From positions 1 through 29,097 of the IMG/VR virus record IMGVR_UViG_3300044476_000077: a DNA stretch of 29,097 nucleotides; one strand, written 5' to 3'. The translations under genes were made by a program, and so were the position numbers. Positions 1 to 8,762 of the stretch are shown piece after piece. The notes beneath the pieces are model-generated. The model did not search any database. It was not told the DNA's origin and was given only the letters and a program-made list of their open reading frames with translations. Source of the DNA: a virus (taxonomy: Duplodnaviria; Caudoviricetes). Each line of letters starts with the position of its first letter. Positions within the stretch are counted from its first letter, which is position 1.

Positions 1-127
1 CTTGCACCCATTGCGGTGAATCATGCCGCGGGCGAGCTGCAGAAGTACGCCAAGGCGATTATTGACAAACGGAGCGAGACGGGCTTAAAGATAGTCGAGG
101 CAATCAAGGTGAAGGAATCGCCAATGA
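1..127 (+). repeat. Terminal direct repeat, left copy (circular assembly overlap)
   Basis: Identical to 28971-29097; 127 nt is a common maximum assembler k-mer. Confidence 0.95.
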
Positions 128-561
128 TGACCGACACGCCCGTGGCAACCGTGTATATCGACGGCGCCCAATGCCCCGAGGCGGTATATGCGCACGAACG
201 GTATCACGACATCATTGTTAAGCCAAAGGTGGCGCAAATGTTGTGGATACCGCTGACGGCGGCCGGCAGGCGGCACACGCTGCACACCCGAGATGCCGTG
301 GTGAAACGGCTGAAGGGCTGGATCCCGCGCGGCCATGCGCGGAGCACGAGGACGGCGGGGCACGGGGTGCCGTTTGGGTATTGGTCTGATGACAATAAGG
401 ATGCGGGCCTTGACTTTGTCCTGGTGCGCCAGGCGAGGATCCCGGCGTACAAGAACGCGGGCTACCTTACCCGCACAGCCATCCGCATGCGGACAACCTT
501 GATTGCCGACATAAGCCGCACCATCATTCGCACTGCAAACCGAATTGGAATAGCCGCATGA
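1..561 (+). CDS. 3' part of origin-spanning neck/tail-completion protein (HK97 gp10-like), about 212 aa in total, start at 28893
   Basis: ATG 28893 reads MSLTISTTIDEQ...LAPIAVNHAAGEL in frame through the junction into the 16..561 ORF; basic protein with YAHE..HD..VKPK..LWIPL and IPA...YL.R motifs typical of neck proteins; ATGA overlaps at both ends. Confidence 0.65.
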   Translation, partial: LAPIAVNHAAGELQKYAKAIIDKRSETGLKIVEAIKVKESPMMTDTPVATVYIDGAQCPEAVYAHERYHDIIVKPKVAQMLWIPLTAAGRRHTLHTRDAVVKRLKGWIPRGHARSTRTAGHGVPFGYWSDDNKDAGLDFVLVRQARIPAYKNAGYLTRTAIRMRTTLIADISRTIIRTANRIGIAA

Positions 562-1262
562 GCATTCGACCCAATTTCATCAGCACGGATCTGACCTCGT
601 ACAAGGACGACATCATGGAGTATGCCGCGTCTGGTCGTGGCAACGCCACGTACAAGACCGGGACGGATGGTGTTATATCCGGCACCTCGTTCACCTCGGC
701 CAGTAACACGTTTGTCGCGGCAAATGTGGGCAAATACATTGCGCTGCAGGGTATTGGTTATGCCCTGATTACCACGTTGGTGTCTGACCATGTGCTCGCG
801 TTGGACACCACGTTTGCGGCGGCAACGGCTGTGCGGTTCTGCGTGGACGGCCACGCGGGGATCGAGCGGGACGCCTTTGCCCAGATCAAGACGGATGCGG
901 TGTATGGATGGTCCAGGACGATCATGGACAGCAACGGGCTGCCGCGGGCGGTGCGGGTGAAAGGACTGCTTGACATGACGGGATCCACGGTGGAGGATTA
1001 TGACTTTATGGATGGCGTTGACGACAAGGCAACCACGTTTGACGAGGCGCACAAACTGTGCACATTGTGGCGGATATGCCGGAAGGAGAGCGTGCAGGGC
1101 GGGAACGTTTGGAAGGACATTGCGGCGAATTATCAGCTTGATTACTACGGCGCCTTGCAGACGGCTATTGACAGCCTTGCTCGGTCGCTGGTGGACTCGG
1201 GCGCGGTGTGTGCCAACCAGCGCAACGGAGATATAATATTTGCGAGGCTTGAACGCATATGA
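558..1262 (+). CDS. Putative head-tail adaptor/connector with an inserted beta-rich domain, 234 aa
   Basis: Position in the neck cluster; helical C-terminus; T/G/S-rich insertion near aa 27-96; ATGA coupling. Confidence 0.45.
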   Translation: MSIRPNFISTDLTSYKDDIMEYAASGRGNATYKTGTDGVISGTSFTSASNTFVAANVGKYIALQGIGYALITTLVSDHVLALDTTFAAATAVRFCVDGHAGIERDAFAQIKTDAVYGWSRTIMDSNGLPRAVRVKGLLDMTGSTVEDYDFMDGVDDKATTFDEAHKLCTLWRICRKESVQGGNVWKDIAANYQLDYYGALQTAIDSLARSLVDSGAVCANQRNGDIIFARLERI

Positions 1263-1699
1263 CGACCAGCCAATTCACCACCTTGTTTGGCCTGTTGGAC
1301 ACCGCGCTGCAGACGGCGGGATTTGCCAAGGGTAAATTCAGCGACATCAAGGGTGACGGCGCGTTGTACCACGACAGCGGGTATGTGATTGTGCCGGCGT
1401 CGCTGATGACCAAGGAGATGAGCGCGGAGAAGTGCAGCCGGTTTGAGCTGCGGCTGAAGGTGCAGCTCGCCTGGTCGGCCTCGCCCTCTACCTGGGGGAC
1501 GCTGATGCCGACGGCAACGGCCGCGGCGGTGGACGCGCAGGTGGCACTGAATGGCATCGACTGGTCAAGCGCATTGAACCCGGTGACGGTTGGCAGCACG
1601 ATAGCGCCCGAGGAAGGGGCCTTTGAGCTGCTGCCGGAGGGTGTGTTGTACTACACGTTCGAGTTGCCAATAACATTTCGCCGACTGAGGACTACATGA
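1259..1699 (+). CDS. Putative tail terminator protein, 146 aa
   Basis: Size, position just before the tail tube gene, C-terminal beta strand YYTFELPITF. Confidence 0.45.
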   Translation: MTTSQFTTLFGLLDTALQTAGFAKGKFSDIKGDGALYHDSGYVIVPASLMTKEMSAEKCSRFELRLKVQLAWSASPSTWGTLMPTATAAAVDAQVALNGIDWSSALNPVTVGSTIAPEEGAFELLPEGVLYYTFELPITFRRLRTT

Positions 1700-1845
1700 A
1701 GCAGGAGCTTATTCGTATAGAAACCGCACGCGGCGTCGTGCATTTGACCAAGGACCAGGCCGCAGCCAAGGGCCTGCCCCCGCAACCGCTTGAGCCGGAG
1801 CAAGTCGAAGGCGTCAAGAAATCACCCAAGCAAAAGAAGGATTGA
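1696..1845 (+). CDS. Small hypothetical protein, 49 aa (MKQELIRIETARGVVHLTKDQ...KQKKD)
   Basis: Not in the ORF track; ATGA overlap with the previous stop and fills the gap before the tail tube gene. Confidence 0.6.
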   Translation: MKQELIRIETARGVVHLTKDQAAAKGLPPQPLEPEQVEGVKKSPKQKKD

Positions 1846-1850
1846 CCACC

Positions 1851-3050
1851 ATGGCCCTTATTACCCCCAAACCAGCTTCCCACGCTCGGGCATGCCTCGG
1901 CCTCTACAGCGAGCGCGTAGTCATCGACTCCGTGGCGAGTGGCGGCACTAACCTGCTGTCCATCACCACGCACACCTCGCACGGGTGGTCCACCGGCATG
2001 ACCATCTATCTTCATTTCACTTCGGTCTATACCAGCGGATGGTACCTTGCCACCACGGGCACCACGGGCACCACCCTGGTTGTGGCAGGCAGCTATTCCA
2101 GCACGACCACCGGCTATGCCGTTAAGGGGCTGAACATACCCCTGTATGCCGGCGTGAAGTACGACCACGAAGCAACCGACATCGCGTATGACCGCCTGCG
2201 GGACAACCGCTTTGTGGGCGTTAATGCCAAGTCGTTGCGGTTTGCCACGCTGGGCCATTCCATGCCGCTGTTCCTGCCGCGCGACGGCGCCGAGGTGACC
2301 ACCCTGGTTGCGCTGTACGACAAGATCCTGCTGCCGGCGGGGTACAGCAAGAGCGGCAGCACGTTAATCACGTACACAATGGGGAGCGACTTCCTCGGGT
2401 ACGACCAGGTGTTTGCCGCGTATGAGGAGGTGCTGGACCGCGAAACGCTGGTGCTAGGCGCCACGGAGTTCGGCCTGGTGCTTGACACGGCCAATGGCTG
2501 CTGGGTGCAGCCGATCGAGACCAAGGGGCAGGACGGCGGCACGGCGGCGGTTGCCGCGGCTCTGGCGTATGCCGACATTGACGGCGACGACTCGGTCAGC
2601 GTCTTCCAGAATGCCAACTTCAAGATAGGGCCGACTACCGGCTTCCTTACGGACGTGCCGGCGATCAAGAGATTCACCTTCAAGAACGGCAACGAGATTG
2701 CCCTGCGGGATGATGGATCCAGCGATGGCGGCGTGGCGGGCTTCCTGGTTGGCAACACGCTGAAGGCGCAGACGGTCGAGATTGATCTGGAAATGCCGGC
2801 GGCGCATGCCAGCTTCCCGTTTGTCACGTACTTCACCCAGGGTACCGTGCTGAAGTACCAGCTCACGATGTTCGGCACTGTGGCGGGCGGGTACGGCATC
2901 CAGATTGTCGGCCAGTTTCAGATCCGGAACAAGGTTGATCGCGGCGAGCGGAACGGGATCCGGACCATCAAGGTGTCGGGCGTATCGTGCCAGGTGGCAA
3001 CGACTGACGTGCCGTTCTCGTTCTCGGTGGGCGCGGGTATCTCTGCTTAA
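1851..3050 (+). CDS. Major tail tube protein with an N-terminal inserted beta domain, 399 aa
   Basis: Beta-rich, acidic; tube-like motifs (IKRFTFKNGNEI, DRGERNGIRTIKVSG); AGAAGGA RBS before ATG 1851. Confidence 0.7.
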   Translation: MALITPKPASHARACLGLYSERVVIDSVASGGTNLLSITTHTSHGWSTGMTIYLHFTSVYTSGWYLATTGTTGTTLVVAGSYSSTTTGYAVKGLNIPLYAGVKYDHEATDIAYDRLRDNRFVGVNAKSLRFATLGHSMPLFLPRDGAEVTTLVALYDKILLPAGYSKSGSTLITYTMGSDFLGYDQVFAAYEEVLDRETLVLGATEFGLVLDTANGCWVQPIETKGQDGGTAAVAAALAYADIDGDDSVSVFQNANFKIGPTTGFLTDVPAIKRFTFKNGNEIALRDDGSSDGGVAGFLVGNTLKAQTVEIDLEMPAAHASFPFVTYFTQGTVLKYQLTMFGTVAGGYGIQIVGQFQIRNKVDRGERNGIRTIKVSGVSCQVATTDVPFSFSVGAGISA

Positions 3051-3060
3051 TAAGGGAGCC

Positions 3061-6000
3061 ATGAACAGACTCAAACTGGTGGTGCTGCTTGCGGCAATCA
3101 GCGGACATGGTGCGCTGGTGTACACCAACACGCCCTGGTTCGGCCGCGGCAGCACGCAGGACTTCTTTGACGTTTTGGGCAAGATTAATACCAACTTCAC
3201 GGTGATTGAGTTTGCCACTCGATCAAGCGCCAGGTACGCCACCAATGCGGGCTGGGCATCGTACACCAGGTACGCCACCAATTCGGGCTGGGCGATGTGG
3301 TCCGGCTACTCCAGCAATGCGCTGGTGGCAAATTATGGGTACAACAGCTACCGGGTGTCAATGGACGGGAACCTTAATAACACGGTAACCGGCAACGAGA
3401 TCACCAACATGGCCGTGGCGCGGGCTAAGTCGTACACGGACAGCGCCACAAACGCGGTGCTTGCCGCGGCACAAGCGTATGCCGGCGCTATCTCGGCATC
3501 GACCGGCATGGCAACGTTTATTGCCATTACCAACATCTGCCAGTATTACACGAACGTGGTGCTTATTGAGGCCAAGGCATACGCGGATCAAATTGCCGCC
3601 TCAAGCGGCTTGGTAACGTATGCCTCCACTACCAACATCAGCGTATACTTCACTAATGCGGTGCTGACTGAAACGGCCAGCAAATATACCCTTAAGTCTG
3701 GTGACACCATGACCGGATCGCTGGCATTATGGACCAACGGTGCCAATGAGGTATTGGTACTCAGCCAGCAATGGTACGATGTGGAAATCATCACAACAAA
3801 CTATGAATGGATGACATACATAAATGTGACTGGTGACGGCGCACACGAAAGCACGGCATTGTCCGGTGTGTATGCCAATGCCAGTGCTACATGGACAGAC
3901 TTAAATGCGGTGCTATGGACAAACGTACTTGACAGTAACTTCGTACTGTATCAAATTGACGGTAGTCCCGCAAACTGGAAGTGGACATGGGTGTTCTGCC
4001 ACGCGAATGATGTTGGAGGCGGGAATCCACCATACGGTATTCGCATGGGGTCAGGTGTCTCCGCGCCCACATCGTGGATTTGCCCGCAAGGTACTTACCA
4101 GTATCATAACGGCGCACATTACAGTGGTACACTTGACACCTACGGAGGTGATGCGCGATACTTTTCAAACCTCGTTGAATCAAGCTACAGCTACAGCACA
4201 ACACAATGGGCGAGGGTGTCAACCAGCTATTACGCTAAGACGGGGTATGTGGATTCCGGTATGGTATCGGCAAGCAACCACGCGATTGCGGTAGCCGACT
4301 CTGCATTGTCGTATGCCCAGGCAGGTATTGACGTCGCCACGAACAGCGCGACAATTGACGCCCAGGGTAGAATTGATGCGGCGACCAATGGCGCGGCAAT
4401 TGACGCGCGCGGCGCGATTACGGCAGCGAACCTGGTCAGCCGGAACGGCGACACCATATCCGGCAGTGTCTACCTCGCCACGGAAACGAGCCAGCTTGCC
4501 CAGCTCTCAAACTTATATACCAGCTCGACCGTGTACCTGTACGGCGACATGTCGCGGAACAACCATGCCCTTGCCGGCGAGTACACGTATTACGGCGTGA
4601 CGAGCGCGTTGCCGGTGTACTGCAAATCGGTGTCGGGTGTTGGCAACGTGTATGTGTGGTACCTCTCGAACCGATGGGAACTGTTCGGTGACGTGCTGTT
4701 TGCCACGAACGGCGCAATGACCGGATCCTACACCAAGATATCGGGGTTCATCGGCAACCAGTTGTTGGGCAGCGCGGCGGTGTCAAACGTCAACAGCGGC
4801 ACGGTTGCGTACCGGGTGAACACCAACAACTGGGCGCTGCAGAGCTATGCGGCAAGCTATGCCGACGCGGCTACCAACGGCGCCACGGCAGTCCTTAATG
4901 CGCGGCTGGTGGCGGCGACCAATGCCGTGCTGCTGGATGCGTATGCACACGACTCAGACGCATTGATTACCGCAGCCACGAACGGCGCGGTGATGGATGC
5001 ACAAGGTCGCATCAATGCGGCGACCAATGCCGTGCTCACGGGCAATCTTTCCAACCCGTCCATCAACGCTAAAACCGGCATATTTCTTAACCTATATGTC
5101 GACTACGCCACCATGACGAACGTGACGATCATAAATTTGATTGTAACGAACGCAATGGTCGTCTACACAAATATCATAGCGCAGGGCACACTCAATATGT
5201 CGGGGTACTCCATTACCAACATAGGCGCACCGCCATCGGCATTAAGCGCGGCTCGACTTACCGACGTGCAAGCATGCACCAATGGCGCAGTGGCGGATGC
5301 CAAGACAAGCGCATCGCGATATTTGCCAACGAACGGAACCGTGGCGATGTCGGGCGACTTGAATCTTGGCGGCAACTACATCACCAATGCAAAGTCTATA
5401 CGTTTTGGAAATAACGGTTCAAGTATGGGCGAAGTTGACATGTCGGGTGCTACTATGCGTTTCCTTAACGCCGGCAGTTATGGCAATGTACGCGCCTCAA
5501 TAGGACAATTTGAAGGTTTGGTTATACCTGGTTATGGTATTACTGGCATTACCTATCTTGTGGGCACTACTCCCGCATCATCAATCCGAATTGACAGTCC
5601 GCTAAACATGACCGGCAACATGATAAGCAATACTACTATGATACATGTGGGGTCAGGTGCCGTGCAAGTTGGCCAGACTGTCGTGACCACGAATGGCGCG
5701 GTAGCCGTTTGGGTGGTGGCTGGTAGTACCGTGTCGAACGGTTTTGTTGTGGCTCCGTCTCGCGATGTTGACATGCAAGTCGTGGCATGCCCCGCTGGAG
5801 CGTATGACCCTATAGGAACATGTTTAGACAATGTGTCGAGCGGCACCTTGTGCAGAATTGTATCTCATGGCGCACTGGTTCAGGTAAAATGCGACAAACA
5901 GCCCAACCTCGCGGACGTAGCCTTTGTGAGCGATGTGAAGGCAGGGTATGTGACCAGCACAAACAGCTTTTCAAGTAATCCAACCGATCAGGCGCATTTC

Positions 6001-6072
6001 CGCGAGTTTGGACATGTAACCTCCCGCACCAACGCAACGGGATTGATATGGATATGGTCACATGCGCTATGA
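3061..6072 (+). CDS. Long trimeric fibre/adhesin, 1003 aa, with putative signal peptide and TN-rich repeats
   Basis: AAGGGAG RBS; fibre motifs KSGDTMTGSL, RNGDTISGSV, MSGDLNLGGNYITN; coiled-coil YxD motifs (AKSYTD, AKAYAD); repeated AATN(G/A)AV; C-terminal domain reminiscent of DUF2190/capsid-fibre beta-tulip folds. Confidence 0.75.
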   Translation: MNRLKLVVLLAAISGHGALVYTNTPWFGRGSTQDFFDVLGKINTNFTVIEFATRSSARYATNAGWASYTRYATNSGWAMWSGYSSNALVANYGYNSYRVSMDGNLNNTVTGNEITNMAVARAKSYTDSATNAVLAAAQAYAGAISASTGMATFIAITNICQYYTNVVLIEAKAYADQIAASSGLVTYASTTNISVYFTNAVLTETASKYTLKSGDTMTGSLALWTNGANEVLVLSQQWYDVEIITTNYEWMTYINVTGDGAHESTALSGVYANASATWTDLNAVLWTNVLDSNFVLYQIDGSPANWKWTWVFCHANDVGGGNPPYGIRMGSGVSAPTSWICPQGTYQYHNGAHYSGTLDTYGGDARYFSNLVESSYSYSTTQWARVSTSYYAKTGYVDSGMVSASNHAIAVADSALSYAQAGIDVATNSATIDAQGRIDAATNGAAIDARGAITAANLVSRNGDTISGSVYLATETSQLAQLSNLYTSSTVYLYGDMSRNNHALAGEYTYYGVTSALPVYCKSVSGVGNVYVWYLSNRWELFGDVLFATNGAMTGSYTKISGFIGNQLLGSAAVSNVNSGTVAYRVNTNNWALQSYAASYADAATNGATAVLNARLVAATNAVLLDAYAHDSDALITAATNGAVMDAQGRINAATNAVLTGNLSNPSINAKTGIFLNLYVDYATMTNVTIINLIVTNAMVVYTNIIAQGTLNMSGYSITNIGAPPSALSAARLTDVQACTNGAVADAKTSASRYLPTNGTVAMSGDLNLGGNYITNAKSIRFGNNGSSMGEVDMSGATMRFLNAGSYGNVRASIGQFEGLVIPGYGITGITYLVGTTPASSIRIDSPLNMTGNMISNTTMIHVGSGAVQVGQTVVTTNGAVAVWVVAGSTVSNGFVVAPSRDVDMQVVACPAGAYDPIGTCLDNVSSGTLCRIVSHGALVQVKCDKQPNLADVAFVSDVKAGYVTSTNSFSSNPTDQAHFREFGHVTSRTNATGLIWIWSHAL

Positions 6073-6292
6073 CCTGCTAATTATATGCTTGGTAATTGTC
6101 GCCTCGGCATACGCGGCACACGACTATTCCATCACCACGGAGCAGGTGGCCACCAGCAACGGGTATGTGCGGTCGGTGGTACTGCGCAAAGCGAAAGATA
6201 TGGCCAGTACCAACAAGTGCGACACGATCAAATTAAACGCCGGCGACAAGATTGACAAGATCAACAAAGAGCTCAAGCTAAAGGACAAATGA
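6062..6292 (+). CDS. Small exported protein, 76 aa
   Basis: MRYDLLIICLVIVASAYA signal peptide with A-Y-A cleavage motif; coupled to both neighbours. Confidence 0.65.
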   Translation: MRYDLLIICLVIVASAYAAHDYSITTEQVATSNGYVRSVVLRKAKDMASTNKCDTIKLNAGDKIDKINKELKLKDK

Positions 6293-6609
6293 CAATTACC
6301 ACTTACAAAGCCGCCCAGGCGGCAAGCAAGACCGTGGCACTGTTGGCAACCGGGCTCCTTGCCGTGGCGCCGGCGATTGCCGCCGATGTTGATGTAAGTT
6401 CGACCGCCCGAGAGCTGGGCGCGTGGCCGGCGCAGACCCTGCTTGCCGCGATCGCCGTCATGTCCATGTACTTCAGTTTCCATACATGGAAGCTGTACTG
6501 CGCGCAAAACGAAAAGCATACCACAGCAGTCAATAACCTGTGCGCCGAGCTGCGCCGGCGGCCGTGCGTCATGGACAACAGCAAAATTTCTAGTGATATT
6601 GAAGTGTGA
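6289..6609 (+). CDS. Membrane protein, holin-like candidate, 106 aa
   Basis: Two hydrophobic segments (the first ends in A-I-A, possibly cleaved) followed by a short coiled tail; first in the post-fibre cassette. Confidence 0.5.
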   Translation: MTITTYKAAQAASKTVALLATGLLAVAPAIAADVDVSSTARELGAWPAQTLLAAIAVMSMYFSFHTWKLYCAQNEKHTTAVNNLCAELRRRPCVMDNSKISSDIEV

Positions 6610-6621
6610 CCGGATGGCATC

Positions 6622-7044
6622 ATGATCGAGCCACTACACAGCCAAAGCCCACCCTGCGCATCCTCCGTAGCCCGCTACTCCGGGTTAATAGCAGCAACAT
6701 GCTCTGCCATCCTTTTCTTTGTGGTCGGGTGCGCCCAGGTGGATGATGCGGTGGTCAAACCGGACGGCACGGTGATCTGGGTGCCCAGGTGGCGCACCTC
6801 GGGCTTCCTGCGCGACCTCACCAAGGGCGACGAGTCGGTCAAGCGGCAAACCATCACCATGCCGTTCGCCAAGATCCAGATGCTCGGGAGCGACACGGTG
6901 GTTGAAGGGAGCAACGTGGTGATCCTGTGCGAGGAGTCCCACAAAAGCACTGTGCAGACCAAGAGCACCACGCCCGAGCTGGCCAAGACTGGCGTCGAAG
7001 CTATGGGCGTTGCCGTATCAGCCTGGGATAAGGGCAAGCCATGA
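6622..7044 (+). CDS. Lipoprotein (spanin-like candidate), 140 aa
   Basis: Hydrophobic stretch ending in a lipobox-like VVG-C. Confidence 0.55.
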   Translation: MIEPLHSQSPPCASSVARYSGLIAATCSAILFFVVGCAQVDDAVVKPDGTVIWVPRWRTSGFLRDLTKGDESVKRQTITMPFAKIQMLGSDTVVEGSNVVILCEESHKSTVQTKSTTPELAKTGVEAMGVAVSAWDKGKP

Positions 7045-7397
7045 ACACCTATAGCATAACCCATTGCGACCTCGTGCGGGTTGTTGACGGCGACACCATT
7101 GTGTTGACGATACCGATATGGTACAGCACCTACATCACGGTGCATGTCCGCCTGGCCGGGATCAACGCACCCGAGATGCCCAGCACCGAAGGCAAGGCGG
7201 CCAAGCACCACCTGCAGAGTCTGGTCACCGGCAAGCTGCACATCCTATGCCACGGCCTGGACAAGTACGGCCGCACCCTGGGCACCCTTTGGCCGGATGG
7301 GTCGCTTGCGACCGATCCGAGCATCAACGAGCGCATGATTGCCGATGGTCATGCCAAGAAGTACGAACTCTGGACACAGGAGATTGCATGTACCTGA
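7041..7397 (+). CDS. Thermonuclease (SNase) family nuclease, 118 aa
   Basis: RVVDGDTI, VRLAGINAPE, DKYGRTLG and INERMIADGHA signature motifs; no signal peptide. Confidence 0.92.
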   Translation: MNTYSITHCDLVRVVDGDTIVLTIPIWYSTYITVHVRLAGINAPEMPSTEGKAAKHHLQSLVTGKLHILCHGLDKYGRTLGTLWPDGSLATDPSINERMIADGHAKKYELWTQEIACT

Positions 7398-8095
7398 AAG
7401 ACGGCAGCACCCCGATGGATCCCCGGCTCGGCCGGCTGGAACAGTTTGACGACCGCTCGCGCCTGTATTGTATCGCCGCGGCGGCGCCAAAAACTCCGGT
7501 CAAGGCCGAGTGGAAGTGTGAACAATGGCTCGACCAGGGGCAGGAAGGCGCCTGTGTTGGATTCGGCATCACACACGAGGCCATTGCCTTGCCCGTGGCT
7601 GTCAAGGGCCTCACCGCCACCTTCGCCCGCGAGAAAATCTACTGGGAAGCCCAGAAGCATGACGGCATGCCCGGCGGCGCGTACCCTGGCGCCATGCCGT
7701 TTTACGAAGGGACCAGCGTGCTCGCAGGATTGAAGGCGTACAAGAAATGCGGACTCATTGACGGTTACGCCTGGGCATTCAGCCTTAATGAAGTCCTGTG
7801 CGGCATGGCGCTGGGCCCCTGCATCCTCGGGATCCCCTGGAAGGATGGCATGCGGGCGATTGATAAGGACGGCCTCATTCACGCCATTGGCCGCACCATG
7901 GGCGGCCATTGCATTCTGGCAACCGGTGTCTACCCGGCCACCAAGACCGTCCGCCTGCACAACTCGTGGGGCAAGATGTGGGGCACCGGCGGCGACTGCC
8001 TGATCTCCTGGACCGACCTCGGCACCCTGCTGGACGAGCGCGGCGAGGCGGCGTTTGTCACCGGCCGCCACCTCAAACCAAAGGCATCACGATGA
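7388..8095 (+). CDS. Papain-like (C1) cysteine peptidase, 235 aa
   Basis: DQGQEGACVGF (oxyanion Gln and catalytic Cys), GGHCI (His), NSWGKMWG (Asn); AGGAG RBS before ATG 7388. Confidence 0.88.
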   Translation: MYLKDGSTPMDPRLGRLEQFDDRSRLYCIAAAAPKTPVKAEWKCEQWLDQGQEGACVGFGITHEAIALPVAVKGLTATFAREKIYWEAQKHDGMPGGAYPGAMPFYEGTSVLAGLKAYKKCGLIDGYAWAFSLNEVLCGMALGPCILGIPWKDGMRAIDKDGLIHAIGRTMGGHCILATGVYPATKTVRLHNSWGKMWGTGGDCLISWTDLGTLLDERGEAAFVTGRHLKPKASR

Positions 8096-8235
8096 ACTGG
8101 ACACTGATCAAGAGCGCCATCACCAGCCTGGTTAAGCTGGCCTATAGCCAGGGCTACATCACCGCCAAGGCGCGGGACCAGATCCTCGACCTGCTGGCAC
8201 ACGCAAAGGCAACCAAGTACAAACGGTCAAAATGA
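8092..8235 (+). CDS. Small basic amphipathic protein, 47 aa
   Basis: ATGA overlaps on both sides; MNWTLIKSAITSLVKLAYSQG. Confidence 0.6.
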   Translation: MNWTLIKSAITSLVKLAYSQGYITAKARDQILDLLAHAKATKYKRSK

Positions 8236-8674
8236 CCCTCACGTTCACCGATCATCTGGGAAGGAGTTGCGGCGAGTACGCGCTGCCGGATCCTGAGCAC
8301 CGGTTTTGGGGCCTGCCCTTGGGCGCCTGGATGATAAGCGGCAGGGTATGGGAGATCATGCGGCCGTTTGGCTACCGGGTAGACACCGTGCCCGGGCTGG
8401 TGGACCAATGGATCACGGTGCCCGCGGGCACGCGCACGGACTTTGCCAGTATACCGAGGCTTGCCTGGCTGCTGATCGGCCCGCCGGCGGGCAATGGCGA
8501 TGGCGCCGAGTACGGTGTGGCGGCGGTGATCCATGACGTGCTGTGTGTACGGGCGCATTCCGGAGAGATTGAGCGATGGCGCGCGGACGCGGTATTATGG
8601 AGTACTGCAAGGTGGCGCCCTGGCGGGCGCGGATCATGTGGCTGGCGGTGCGACTTGCGGGAGTACTCAGCTAG
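8232..8674 (+). pseudogene. DUF1353-family protein with an apparent frameshift near 8596
   Basis: ITVPAGTRTDFASIPR, AAVIHDVLC and RADAV in frame 0; the family-typical end MEYCKVAPWRARIMWLAVRLAG lies in the -1 frame (8597-8674). Confidence 0.75.
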
Positions 8675-8675
8675 C

Positions 8676-8762
8676 GGCCGGCGGCATGCGGCGGGAGGCT
8701 TTACCCTCACGGGCCAACCGAATCAGCATGTCCGCCGGCCCTTATTATTTACTCGATTACTA
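8676..8762. terminator. Long stem-loop between the convergent late and early operons
   Basis: GGCCGGCGG-CATGC ... GCATGTCCGCCGGCC inverted repeat followed by TTATTATTT on the + strand. Confidence 0.5.

Noticed and set aside
2905-3060. Upstream extensions of track ORFs (2905, 7118, 9983, 13891, 21641, 25309 starts)
   Set aside because: They overlap real upstream genes or promoters; downstream ATGs with an RBS or ATGA coupling fit better
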